Origin: an uncultured Gemmatimonadaceae bacterium
GTDB taxonomy: Bacteria; Gemmatimonadota; Gemmatimonadetes; Gemmatimonadales; Gemmatimonadaceae
Reading direction: 5' to 3'
DNA length: 64,000 bases
Assembly: GCA_964411635.1 (NCBI GenBank)
Contig: CAYPLP010000001.1
Span: forward strand, 437,805 to 501,804
The notes beneath the pieces are model-generated. The model had not been told where the DNA came from. It saw nothing but the letters and a program-made list of their open reading frames with translations, and ran no database searches. A program made the translations under genes and the position numbers. Below, piece after piece: positions 39,181-48,823 of the stretch. Position 1 is the first letter of the stretch. Every line of letters begins with the position of its first letter.

Positions 39181-41142
39181 TCAGTGGGCGTCTTCCAGCG
39201 GTGTGGTCAGCCAGGCGTACAGGAACCCGACGAAGACCACGGTTCCCACGGCCATGAGAGCGAAGGCCGCGGCATGCTTGCCGGCGTACAGGACCGGGAG
39301 CGAAGCCAGCAGGATCAGGATTCCCAGCGCGACGTAGAGCGGCTTGATGGTCGGGTTGGGCATGGGGATACCCAGTTCCGCTGCGGACTTGTGCTCCGGC
39401 TGGAGGTGCATCGGGGCAACGTCGGACTCGTGGACACCGGCGGTGGTGACATGCTCTCCGGTCCGAAGTCTGGCTTCCTCCCATCCCTGCTCCGAGTGCG
39501 GTACATCCTTCATGCGTTCCGGGTGATTCACGTCCCAGACGGGATAGCGGGATGTGACCATGGGAATCTGCGCGAAGTTGTATTCCGGTGGCGGGGACGG
39601 TATGGACCACTCCAGCGTGGCGGCATCCCAGGGGTTGTCACCCGCGATTTCCCCATGCTTCTTCGAACGGAAGAAGTTCCAGAGGAAGACGAGCATGGCC
39701 GGTGCCATGAGGAAGGCACCGATGGAGGACAGCAGGTTGAAGAACTCCCAGCCCTGACCCGCGTCGTACGTGTAGATCCGTCGCGGCATTCCCAGCATGC
39801 CGGAGAAGTGCATCGGGAAGAACGTCAGGTTCAGGGCCACGAAGTTGAGCCAGAAGTGCACGCTTCCCAGACGCTCGTCCATCTTCCTGCCGTACCACTT
39901 GGGGAAGTAGTGGTACAGTCCCGCGAAGATCCCCATGATGGCGCCGCCGTAAAGCACGTAGTGGAAGTGGGCGACGATGTAGTAGGTGTCGGTCTGCTGC
40001 AGATCGGACGGTGGCGCAGCGTGGGTGATGCCGGATATGCCACCAATGGTGAACATCGCAATGAGCGTGATGGCGAACTTCATGGCGGTGGTGAACCGGA
40101 TCGATCCACCCCACATGGTGAAGATCCAGTTGAAGATCTTCACCCCGGTGGGCACCGCGATGAGCATCGTGCCGATGGCGAAGAAGCTGTCGGCCACGGG
40201 TCCCATTCCGACGGCGAACATGTGATGCGCCCACACGCCAAAGCCCAGGAATCCGATCAGTATGCCGGAATAGGCGACCACCGGGTATCCGAACAGGGGC
40301 TTCCGGGAGTACGTGGGTACCACTTCGGAGACGAGTCCGAAGGCCGGCAGGATCAGGATGTAGACCTCAGGGTGGCCGAAGATCCAGAAGAGATGCTGCC
40401 AGAGGAGAGGATCGGCTCCGGCCGCCATGTTGTAGAAATTGGTTCCAAAGAAGCGGTCGAACTGCAGGAAGAAGAGCGCCGCCGTGATCACCGGGAAAGA
40501 GAGGATGATCAGCCACTGGACGACGAAGGACATCCATGTGAACATCGGCATGCGCATCAGGTTCATTCCCGGCGCGCGCATGTTGATGATGGTGGTGGCG
40601 AAATTGAATGCCGCTGCCAGCGACGATATTCCGAGGATCTGGATGCCCACCACCCAGAAGTTCAGGTTCTGGCCGGGGGAATATGTCGTGCCCGTGAGCG
40701 GTGCGTAGGCAAACCAGCCGCCATCGGGCGCCACATGGAACAGGATCGGTACCGTGATGAAGAGACCACCGAAGAGGTAGACCCAGTAGCTGAACGCGTT
40801 GAGACGGGGGAAGGCCACGTCCCGGGCTCCGATCTGCAACGGGATCAGGAAGTTGAAGAACGCGGCGGACAGCGGCATGATGACCAGGAACACCATGGTC
40901 GTACCGTGCATCGTGAACAGCTGATTGAACGTCTCCGCCGACACCAGAGTGCCATTGGGACTCATCAGCTGCGCCCGCATGATGATGGCCTCGATACCAC
41001 CCACGATGAAGAAGAAGAGCGCGGTGTGCAGGTAGAGGGTGCCGATCTTCTTGTGGTCGACGGTCGTCAACCAGTCCATGAGACGGGTCCGATGGACCGG
41101 TGCGGTGGCTGTGTACGTCGGTGATGCTGCAACAGTGGCCAT
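39181..41142 (-). CDS. ctaD: Cytochrome c oxidase subunit I with ~100-aa C-terminal two-TM extension
   Basis: COX1 heme/CuB ligand motifs are present (WFFGHPEVY; HHMF). The length is 653 aa. Confidence 0.9.
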   Translation of the reverse strand: MATVAASPTYTATAPVHRTRLMDWLTTVDHKKIGTLYLHTALFFFIVGGIEAIIMRAQLMSPNGTLVSAETFNQLFTMHGTTMVFLVIMPLSAAFFNFLIPLQIGARDVAFPRLNAFSYWVYLFGGLFITVPILFHVAPDGGWFAYAPLTGTTYSPGQNLNFWVVGIQILGISSLAAAFNFATTIINMRAPGMNLMRMPMFTWMSFVVQWLIILSFPVITAALFFLQFDRFFGTNFYNMAAGADPLLWQHLFWIFGHPEVYILILPAFGLVSEVVPTYSRKPLFGYPVVAYSGILIGFLGFGVWAHHMFAVGMGPVADSFFAIGTMLIAVPTGVKIFNWIFTMWGGSIRFTTAMKFAITLIAMFTIGGISGITHAAPPSDLQQTDTYYIVAHFHYVLYGGAIMGIFAGLYHYFPKWYGRKMDERLGSVHFWLNFVALNLTFFPMHFSGMLGMPRRIYTYDAGQGWEFFNLLSSIGAFLMAPAMLVFLWNFFRSKKHGEIAGDNPWDAATLEWSIPSPPPEYNFAQIPMVTSRYPVWDVNHPERMKDVPHSEQGWEEARLRTGEHVTTAGVHESDVAPMHLQPEHKSAAELGIPMPNPTIKPLYVALGILILLASLPVLYAGKHAAAFALMAVGTVVFVGFLYAWLTTPLEDAH

Positions 41143-41207
41143 GATGGATTCTTGGTTCGTTGGGCGTCAGGCGGGCGCATGCCCCGGCAGGAGGGCGTGC
41201 CCGGACA

Positions 41208-42449
41208 TCACTTCAGCGACAGCAGGTAGGCAACCACGTCGGCAATCTGCTGATCCGTCATGCCGCCCAGGGCGGCCGTCACGGGCTTGCCGGTGAGCGG
41301 GTCGATCTCACCCATGCCGACGGTCGGCATGCTCGTGGATACCATCGGCTTCATCTTCCGCGCGTTCTTGATCCAGAGCGCCAGGTGTCTGGCATCGTTG
41401 GGGAACACGCCCGCCGCAATGGTATGACGCGATCCGATATGGGTGAGATCGGGACCGATGATGCCTATCGACATCGGGTTCCCCCGGATCTTGTGACACC
41501 CGATGCAAAGGCTCTTGCTGTACAGCTCGAATCCGGCCTGGGGGTTTCCAGCGGCCAGAACATCGTCGGAGATGGTCAGGCCCGCGGGAACCGGAGTGCG
41601 CGGCACCACATGCGGAGGGAGCTGATCCACGGGCCAGGTGTAGCCCACCTGAGGCGCTGGCGCCGGCGACACGGCTACCGTCGTCGCCGACGCTTCGGTT
41701 GCGGGCGCGGGCGGTGGGAAGACTGCATTCTGCTGCTGACCCATGGCCCAGGAGTCGAAGTCCGTCTGGCTCACCACATAGGCACGGAAGCGCATGTTGG
41801 CGTGCGAGGCGCCGCAGTATTCGGTGCAGGCACCGTTGTATGCTCCGGTGGCACTGGAGTCCAGAGTGAACCAGAGCTGGTTGACCCGGTTGGAAACCGC
41901 ATCACGCTTCCCGGCCAGGTTCGGTACCCAGAACGAATGAATTACGTCCTTGGTCTTGATGTTGAATGAAATCGCCCGGCCCGCCGGCATGTACAGCTCG
42001 TTGGCGGTGGTGATGTTGTACTGCGGATAGCGAAACTCCCACCACCACTGGTGCCCGGTGACATCGACCTGGATGGCGTCAGCCGGCGCCGGCCTCTGGA
42101 ACTTCCAGACCGAGCGCACCGATGGGACCGAGATGATGGCCAGGATCACCAACGGCAGCAGCGTCCACGTGAGTTCCATTGCGGTATTGCCGTGCACCGG
42201 TCGCGGCTCGGGCCCACCCGGCCGACGGCGAAAGCGGAACATCACATAGATGAGCAGCGTCTCGACGAGAACGAAGACCAGGGCCGCCAGCCACATCATC
42301 AGACTCCAGAGTCCGGTGGCGTCCTTGTTTACGTCCGTGTGGCTGGAGAATGTGGAGTTCGGATAGGCCGAACACGCTGCCAATATCACGGGTAGTGCCA
42401 CCGCCAGCACCAGTGGAGCGAACCGGCGGGGTCTGGGGATCCGGGTCAT
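41208..42449 (-). CDS. ctaC: Cytochrome c oxidase subunit II fused to C-terminal cytochrome c domain (caa3-type)
   Basis: The CuA site CTEYCGASHANM and the C-terminal heme-binding motif CIGCH are present. Confidence 0.9.
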   Translation of the reverse strand: MTRIPRPRRFAPLVLAVALPVILAACSAYPNSTFSSHTDVNKDATGLWSLMMWLAALVFVLVETLLIYVMFRFRRRPGGPEPRPVHGNTAMELTWTLLPLVILAIISVPSVRSVWKFQRPAPADAIQVDVTGHQWWWEFRYPQYNITTANELYMPAGRAISFNIKTKDVIHSFWVPNLAGKRDAVSNRVNQLWFTLDSSATGAYNGACTEYCGASHANMRFRAYVVSQTDFDSWAMGQQQNAVFPPPAPATEASATTVAVSPAPAPQVGYTWPVDQLPPHVVPRTPVPAGLTISDDVLAAGNPQAGFELYSKSLCIGCHKIRGNPMSIGIIGPDLTHIGSRHTIAAGVFPNDARHLALWIKNARKMKPMVSTSMPTVGMGEIDPLTGKPVTAALGGMTDQQIADVVAYLLSLK

Positions 42450-42633
42450 TCGTGGTCTTGAAGTAAGTCCTTAATTGTGGCCCGGCACATGCCGGAAACA
42501 GGTGGCGAAAAGCTACCGGTGGAACCCGGCCTTGGGCAAGCTTCCACAAGGGGAGCATACCCTATGGGAAGGTAGGGTTTTCCCCCATCCACCACTGCTG
42601 CCGACAGTGTGCGACAATCGGCGCGCGACGATG

Positions 42634-43002
42634 CTATCCGGACGCTTCTTCCGTGGAATGCTGCTTTCTAACGCGGGTCTGAGCCGCCTCCAGCTGAGAT
42701 CGCAATTGCGCCACGCTTTCTCTCAACGCCCGCACCCGGGTGCTGTCACTGCCGCCCCGCGTACTTGTCACCACCATCGCGGTTACCATGTCGGCGATTA
42801 CTTCGAACTGCGGCTTGAGCAGGCTCGCCAGGGGACTGGCGGCGCGCTGGATCTGCTGTCGGAATGGCACGAGGCTTTGCTGCAATCGCTGGGCGCTCGC
42901 CATCTGCTCCACCACCGCGTGGATCCTTTGCCACTGGGTCAGGGCACTCTCCAGAGTTTCCAGCTTCGCCAGGCCCGCACCGTCGAGAGTTCCCCCCGCC
43001 AT
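42634..43002 (-). CDS. Small all-helical hypothetical protein (122 aa) coupled downstream of the cNMP-aspartase gene
   Basis: It starts 3 nt after the upstream stop. The sequence is coiled-coil-like and Gln/Ala/Leu-rich. Confidence 0.45.
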   Translation of the reverse strand: MAGGTLDGAGLAKLETLESALTQWQRIHAVVEQMASAQRLQQSLVPFRQQIQRAASPLASLLKPQFEVIADMVTAMVVTSTRGGSDSTRVRALRESVAQLRSQLEAAQTRVRKQHSTEEASG

Positions 43003-43005
43003 CGG

Positions 43006-44859
43006 CTACACCATGTTCCTGGGGTCGAGCAGTTCTTCCAGCTCTTCCCGACTCATCAACTGTGCGGCGAGCACCACTTCGTACACGCCACGGCCGGTTT
43101 CCAGGGCCTCGCGGGCGATCTGAGTTGCCCGGGAATACCCAACCTTGGGCAGGAGGGCGGTGGCGATGCCGATGGAACTCTCCACGAAGCGCCGCAACTG
43201 GTCGGGGTTGGCGGTGATCCCGGTGACACAACGCGTCCGGAGAACCCCACAGGCGCTGCGCAGTTCGTCGATGCTCCGCAGCAGCCGGTAGGCGATGATC
43301 GGCTCGAAGGCATTCAGTTGCAGTTGACCCGCCTCCGCGGCGATGGTCACGGTGGTGTCCCCACCGATCACATCGAAGCAAACCTGGTTGACGACTTCCG
43401 GGATCACGGGATTCACCTTGCCGGGCATGATCGAGGATCCCGGTTGCATGGCCGGCAGGTTGATTTCGTTCAACCCGGCGCGGGGACCGGAGCTGAGAAG
43501 CCGGAGGTCATTGCAGATCTTGGACAGCTTCACGGCGCAACGCTTGAGAACTCCGGACAGTTGGACGAACGCACCGGTATCCGAAGTGGCTTCGATCAGG
43601 TCCGGTGAGGTGACCAGATCCAGGCCGGTCAGCTCGGACAGCCGCTTGCGCACCTGCTCGGTGTACCCCTTGCTGGCGGTAATCCCGGTCCCGATCGCGG
43701 TCGCACCCATGTTGATCTCGCGCACCAGCGTCAGTGACTCGCCGAGTCGCTCCACATCCTCCAGGATGGTGTGCGCATAGGCCTGGAACTCCTGGCCCAG
43801 GGTCATGGGCACGGCGTCCTGCATTTGTGTCCGGCCCATTTTCACAAGGCCGCTGAATTCGCGGCTCTTGTCCTGGAAAGCCTCTGCCAGGGCGCGCATG
43901 GCCAGTCGCAGGGACTCGATTTCGCCGTGCAGGGCGATCCGGACGGCCGTGGGATAGACGTCGTTCGTGGACTGGCTGAGGTTGACGTGGTTGTTGGGAT
44001 GGAGCTGGTCGTAGGCTCCCCGTCGTTGACCCATGAGTTCCAGGGCGCGGTTGGCTATGACCTCGTTGGCATTCATGTTGGTCGAGGTTCCCGCGCCGCC
44101 CTGGATCATGTCCACCAGGAAGTGTTCGTGGTGTCGCCCGGCCCGGACCTCGCCAGCCGCCCGGACGATGGCATCGCAGCGTTCCCGGTCCAGCAGACCC
44201 AGGTCGGCGTTGGCTTGCGCCGCGGCCTCCTTCACCGCGGCCAGGGCCTCGATGAGCGATGGAAACTCCCGAAGGGGGGTGCCGGTGATGGGGAAGTTCT
44301 CCAGTGCCCTGAGGGTCTGGACGCCGTACAGGGCATCCTCGGGCACTTGCCGTTCCCCCAGGAGATCCTTCTCCACGCGGAACCGGTTGCCACCGAAGCC
44401 CAGGGTGCGGCCCCGCCCCACCAGAGTGGCGTCCGTCGCGGCGAGTCGCTGTGAGATGGCGCGTGCTGCCCGACCCACCAGGGCGGCATAGAGCACGGAG
44501 TTCTCCCGGACCATCTCCAGGAGTCGCTCCCGGGTCAGGACGTATGCTTCCGTGGGGGCAAGGGTCCTTGCCGTGGTGCCGTGGGGGCTTTCATCCAGAA
44601 GCAATCCCTCACCCACTGAATCTCCCGGTCCGAGGGTTACCAGCCGGACGGGTTTGCCGTTGACCTGTTTCTCGATGGCGATGGCACCGGAGTGTATCAG
44701 GACGGCCTTTTCCCGGGGGGATCCTTCCTCGAAGACCATCTCATTGCCCCGGAAGGTTACGAGGGAGACCTGCTTCGCCAGCTGGTGGATGGCTGTGTCG
44801 GTGAGGCCCTCCAGAAAGCGCATGGCGCGGAGGTGCTCTCTGATCGTGGACATGGGCAT
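43006..44859 (-). CDS. Cyclic-nucleotide-binding domain fused to aspartate ammonia-lyase (aspartase/fumarase class II fold)
   Basis: The N-terminal ~140 aa form a cNMP-binding (CAP-like) domain (GEGLLL...TTARTLA). The C-terminal ~470 aa carry the aspartase signature GSSIMPGKVNPVIPEVVNQVCF and the fumarate-lyase motifs. Confidence 0.85.
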   Translation of the reverse strand: MPMSTIREHLRAMRFLEGLTDTAIHQLAKQVSLVTFRGNEMVFEEGSPREKAVLIHSGAIAIEKQVNGKPVRLVTLGPGDSVGEGLLLDESPHGTTARTLAPTEAYVLTRERLLEMVRENSVLYAALVGRAARAISQRLAATDATLVGRGRTLGFGGNRFRVEKDLLGERQVPEDALYGVQTLRALENFPITGTPLREFPSLIEALAAVKEAAAQANADLGLLDRERCDAIVRAAGEVRAGRHHEHFLVDMIQGGAGTSTNMNANEVIANRALELMGQRRGAYDQLHPNNHVNLSQSTNDVYPTAVRIALHGEIESLRLAMRALAEAFQDKSREFSGLVKMGRTQMQDAVPMTLGQEFQAYAHTILEDVERLGESLTLVREINMGATAIGTGITASKGYTEQVRKRLSELTGLDLVTSPDLIEATSDTGAFVQLSGVLKRCAVKLSKICNDLRLLSSGPRAGLNEINLPAMQPGSSIMPGKVNPVIPEVVNQVCFDVIGGDTTVTIAAEAGQLQLNAFEPIIAYRLLRSIDELRSACGVLRTRCVTGITANPDQLRRFVESSIGIATALLPKVGYSRATQIAREALETGRGVYEVVLAAQLMSREELEELLDPRNMV

Positions 44860-45031
44860 GGGAGAAGTCTAACGGCGGCTCCTGCCGGTCGCAGCCGGGC
44901 CTTTGCCGGCGTACCGATGGCCGGCAGCGCCGGAGGTCGCGAAACCAGTCGCCGCCGGCCGGAACCGGTGGCGCGGTTCGCTATCGGTCGATCTCTCTGC
45001 TGCCGTCGATGCCGGCGGGCCCAGGACTGGC

Positions 45032-47587
45032 TCAGGGGTTCAGCCAGTAATTCACCTTCACCAGAAAGATGTTGTCCGGTCGCGTACGGAAGAGTGCCCG
45101 CTGATCGCGACCAAACTCGAAGTCGCCCACGGGTGCCACGTCGTTGCGACGCTGCTGCCACGCGACATACATCGTGGAGCCTTCGCGCCACTCCCAGCGG
45201 AGCACGGCATTGCCACGCAGGGAGCGAAGATTGAAGTCCAGGTTGGGCACCTGGCCGGTGTACGGATCGAAGCGGAAGGTTCGCGGCGCCACGAGCTGGA
45301 CCGGGTCGCCGTAATCGGCGCTGGACAGAAGGGGCTGCACATACGCCTCCAGAGACAGCGACGGCGTGAATGTCACATTCAGTCGGGTCTCCAGCGCCAG
45401 GCTGGTCTGCGAAAGTGGTGCGAAGACGTAACGTCTTCCGAAGGTCGCCGCATACGAGGGATCCGCGACCCTGGTCACATACTGGGCCGGACTATGGGTC
45501 CGGTTCAGATTCGGGCCGATGCTGAGGTTCCACCGGCTGGATGTCTTGACACCCAGGCTGATCCCGACCTGCCACGACCACCCGCCGTACTCCACATCCT
45601 GCCCACTGCCTTCCACGGTCACCGTGACGGGCTTCCTTCCATCGGAAGCCACCGAAACGTTGCCCACGGTCCACTGTGGTCGCAGGGCCAGGGGCCCGCC
45701 CCTCGTCAGGCGGTCGTCATAGGCCTTGAAGTAGCGTTGCAGGACTCCGGTGACGTTCCAGTATCCCAGCGTCTGGGCGTTGGCCTGCAACCGGACGAAG
45801 TTCAGGATGGGCTGCCAGTCGTGATTGTGTTCCGATCGGCCGATGATCATGGCTGACCAGCGACGCCATACCGTCCCGGGGCGTTGCTGGAGGTAGGTCA
45901 TCTGGGCCTGCAGATCCATCCGGTCCGTCCGCATCGCGAAACCAAGGTCGTTCACCTCGTAGGTGGGACTGGTGACCGCGGCGCCGATTCCACCTCGCCA
46001 GTGTTCGCCGGACTGTTTGGCGAGCTGGAGGCTGACGGAGTATCCGGTGAGCGACGTGGCGGCGGAATCCACTTCCAGGTGTGTGGCGTCGGGTCTCTGG
46101 AAGTAATGGTTCGACCTTGTCTGTGTCGCCAGGATTGCGGCCCGGCTCCCACGAACGTGGCTGAACTCCGCGTCGCCATACAGCGCCCACGAGCGGTTGC
46201 GAAACTCATGCCGGAAGTCGATCCCGCCGGCATACGCGCTTCGGTGGAGGGCCGCGATCGGCCCGGGATCATCGAGGCTCCGGTTTACGGCAGTGAGGAT
46301 CGTCCCCAGAAGCGTCTCGCCGTCCCGGAACTCCCGCCGGCTCCTGGCGACGAGGTAGTTCGTCAGGGGTTCGACGGTTACACCGTGTTCCACCGCGGCA
46401 CTGTCCAGGTAGCGCGCTTCTTCCCGTGCGGTGAGCGCCTCGAGCAGGCCGAATGACCAACCGCCCGCCTTGCCGGATACCTTGGCGGCGCCGAGGATGG
46501 TTGTGACCTCCGGTGTTTCCGCGGCCACGGTGGGGGGGCGCAGTGTGGGGGCTCGTCCCACACGGCGACTGTAGAAGAGCTGCCCGCCGCTGGCACCTCC
46601 GGCCCCGAAGTCGAATATCTCGCTCCCTTCGATGAAGAAGGGTCGCTTTTCCTCAAAGCGCGTTTCGTAGACGCCCAGGTTCACCACCGCCGGGTCGACC
46701 TCGACCTGCCCGAAGTCGGGGTTTACCGCGGCGTTGACCGTGACATTGGAACTCACCCGACCCAGGAGGTCGAGCCCCAGCTGGGTGGCAAACGCAGGGT
46801 TGGTCGCAAAGGGATTCGCTCCCGGATCCACGTACGATCCCCTCTGCAGCACGTAAGGAAGCACCTCCAGACGCTTCCCGGCCCGGATGTCGGAGATCCC
46901 CAGGAGATGACCGTAGTCTGGTACGCCACCGCGGATCGACTTGGGGATGTAGGTGGATACAGCGTATTCGCGGTTCCGTCCTATCAGGCGCTCGAACTGA
47001 ACGCCCCAGACCTGCTCGCTGGCCGATGAGAAACGGAGCTGGCTGAACGGGATACGGTACTCGGCGGTCCAGCCGGCGGAGTCCACACTGGTGACGACCT
47101 GCCACACCGGATCCCAGGAGTTGTCGTCCTTGTCGATGATCTTGACCTCATCGCGGCGTACACCCGCCGGGTTGACGTCGAATCCGAATGCGGTGCGATG
47201 GTCGAGATAGGAATCGATCATCACTCCGAACCAGTCGGAGTCCCCCAGGTCCATATCACGGCGCCCCAGGCGACCGGTTATGGGACCAGAGTCGTGGAGT
47301 CTGGCTCCCACGTACAGAAAGCTGCCGTCGTAGAGGACCCGGACTTCGGTCTGCTGTGTAGCGGGCTGACCCTCATCGGGATCGATCTGGGTGAAGGTCG
47401 AAGTCACCGGGGCACGTTGCCAGTCTGGTTCCGTGAGCCGGCCGTCCAGCACGATTCGTCCGGTCGTGCGCGCCGCCGTCGAAATCGTTACCGGTCGGTC
47501 ATGATCCGTGCGGATACCGACAGTGTCCTGAAAGGCACCGCTGATGGCGGCGCCCAGAAGGGGCAAGAGGGCTGGGAGAATCTGCAA
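45032..47587 (-). CDS. Large secreted/outer-membrane protein, DUF5916 / CBM9-like N-terminal domain
   Basis: It has a signal peptide and a CBM9/DOMON-like N-terminal region. It is beta-rich with a C-terminal aromatic end (VNYWLNP). The length is 851 aa. Confidence 0.6.
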   Translation of the reverse strand: MQILPALLPLLGAAISGAFQDTVGIRTDHDRPVTISTAARTTGRIVLDGRLTEPDWQRAPVTSTFTQIDPDEGQPATQQTEVRVLYDGSFLYVGARLHDSGPITGRLGRRDMDLGDSDWFGVMIDSYLDHRTAFGFDVNPAGVRRDEVKIIDKDDNSWDPVWQVVTSVDSAGWTAEYRIPFSQLRFSSASEQVWGVQFERLIGRNREYAVSTYIPKSIRGGVPDYGHLLGISDIRAGKRLEVLPYVLQRGSYVDPGANPFATNPAFATQLGLDLLGRVSSNVTVNAAVNPDFGQVEVDPAVVNLGVYETRFEEKRPFFIEGSEIFDFGAGGASGGQLFYSRRVGRAPTLRPPTVAAETPEVTTILGAAKVSGKAGGWSFGLLEALTAREEARYLDSAAVEHGVTVEPLTNYLVARSRREFRDGETLLGTILTAVNRSLDDPGPIAALHRSAYAGGIDFRHEFRNRSWALYGDAEFSHVRGSRAAILATQTRSNHYFQRPDATHLEVDSAATSLTGYSVSLQLAKQSGEHWRGGIGAAVTSPTYEVNDLGFAMRTDRMDLQAQMTYLQQRPGTVWRRWSAMIIGRSEHNHDWQPILNFVRLQANAQTLGYWNVTGVLQRYFKAYDDRLTRGGPLALRPQWTVGNVSVASDGRKPVTVTVEGSGQDVEYGGWSWQVGISLGVKTSSRWNLSIGPNLNRTHSPAQYVTRVADPSYAATFGRRYVFAPLSQTSLALETRLNVTFTPSLSLEAYVQPLLSSADYGDPVQLVAPRTFRFDPYTGQVPNLDFNLRSLRGNAVLRWEWREGSTMYVAWQQRRNDVAPVGDFEFGRDQRALFRTRPDNIFLVKVNYWLNP

Positions 47588-47761
47588 GGTCCGGGAGGCA
47601 GTCGGGGTGAGCCAAAAAAAATACGCGGGGTAACGTCAAACCTGATGCTTCACCCGGCTCGTTCCTGCAGATGGCTCGATTCGAGACGATGGCGTGGGCG
47701 AATTCCCGACATAGCTTCGGAGTACCGGCAGTCCACGCTTTTCAACTGGAGAGTGCCATCC

Positions 47762-48817
47762 ATGCTTACCCGTCGCGATTTCCTGACCACCGGCCCGGCC
47801 GCCGTAGCCGGGCTTGCTCTGGGCGCTGGATCTGTCCGGGCGCAAGACGTGGGAACGTCCACGATGCCCGGGGTGGATGCTGCGCTGCCGGTCGTGGTGA
47901 GTTCCTCCAACGGTATTCGAGGAGTGAAGGTTGCCTACGATCAGATCCTGGATGGGGTGGACACGCTCGATGCCATCATTGCGGGCGTGAACATCCAGGA
48001 GCTCGACCCCGAGGATCAGTCGGTTGGTCTGGGAGGGCTGCCCAACGAGGAGGGTGTGGTTCAGCTGGATGCGTCGTGCATGCACGGACCCACGCGCCGG
48101 GCTGGCGCGGTTGGCTGCATCGAGGACATTGCCACGCCGTCACTTGTGGCGAAAGCCATCATGGACTACACCGATCACATCATGCTGGTGGGCGACGATG
48201 CCCGTCGGTTTGCCATCAACATGGGGTTCAAGCCCCAGAATCTCCTGACCGAGAAGAGCCGGCAGGACTGGCTACGCTGGAAATCGAGGCTCAACAAGGA
48301 CGACGTCTGGCTGGATCACGATGAGGACGTCCGCATCAGGTTCACCACCGGAACGATCAACATGAACGCCGTCAATGCCGCCGGCGACGTGAGTTCCGTT
48401 ACGACAACCAGCGGCATGTCCTGGAAGGTTCCTGGTCGTGTCGGTGATTCGCCCATCATCGGTGCGGGTCAGTACTGCGACAACGACGTTGGGGCCGCGG
48501 GGTCAACGGGACGGGGTGAATCGAACATCATGACCTGCGGGGCATTTCTCTGCGTGGAGTTCATGCGCCAGGGCATGACGCCGGAGCAGGCCTGCCTGAA
48601 GGTGCTCGAACGGGTGGTGGCGACGACGCAGCCGCGGTTGATGGGATCGAACAATCGCCCCTTCGTGGAGCTGCAGTTCTATGCCGTGGCCCGGGACGGC
48701 CGGCACGGCGGCGCCACCATGTACGAGGGAGTCGACTACGCTGTCTGTGACGACAAGGGACCGCGTACCGAACCGTGTGCCTGGCTGTACCGGGCCAACG
48801 AACGACCGCGGCGATAG
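47762..48817 (+). CDS. Tat-secreted Ntn-hydrolase of the asparaginase-2 family (isoaspartyl peptidase / glycosylasparaginase-like)
   Basis: The twin-arginine signal RRDFLTTGPAAVAGLALGA is present. The autoproteolytic Thr region is (RFTTGTINMNAVNAAGD). Confidence 0.75.
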   Translation: MLTRRDFLTTGPAAVAGLALGAGSVRAQDVGTSTMPGVDAALPVVVSSSNGIRGVKVAYDQILDGVDTLDAIIAGVNIQELDPEDQSVGLGGLPNEEGVVQLDASCMHGPTRRAGAVGCIEDIATPSLVAKAIMDYTDHIMLVGDDARRFAINMGFKPQNLLTEKSRQDWLRWKSRLNKDDVWLDHDEDVRIRFTTGTINMNAVNAAGDVSSVTTTSGMSWKVPGRVGDSPIIGAGQYCDNDVGAAGSTGRGESNIMTCGAFLCVEFMRQGMTPEQACLKVLERVVATTQPRLMGSNNRPFVELQFYAVARDGRHGGATMYEGVDYAVCDDKGPRTEPCAWLYRANERPRR

Positions 48818-48823
48818 CGCTCG

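Noticed and set aside
39184-41124. 646-aa + strand ORF antisense to ctaD, and similar long ORFs antisense to aspA (42475-43608), to the flotillin gene (31118-32857) and to the M20 peptidase (11578-12645)
   Set aside because: These are shadow ORFs opposite well-supported conserved genes. They are low-complexity, Arg/Gly/His-rich translations with no domain signatures.
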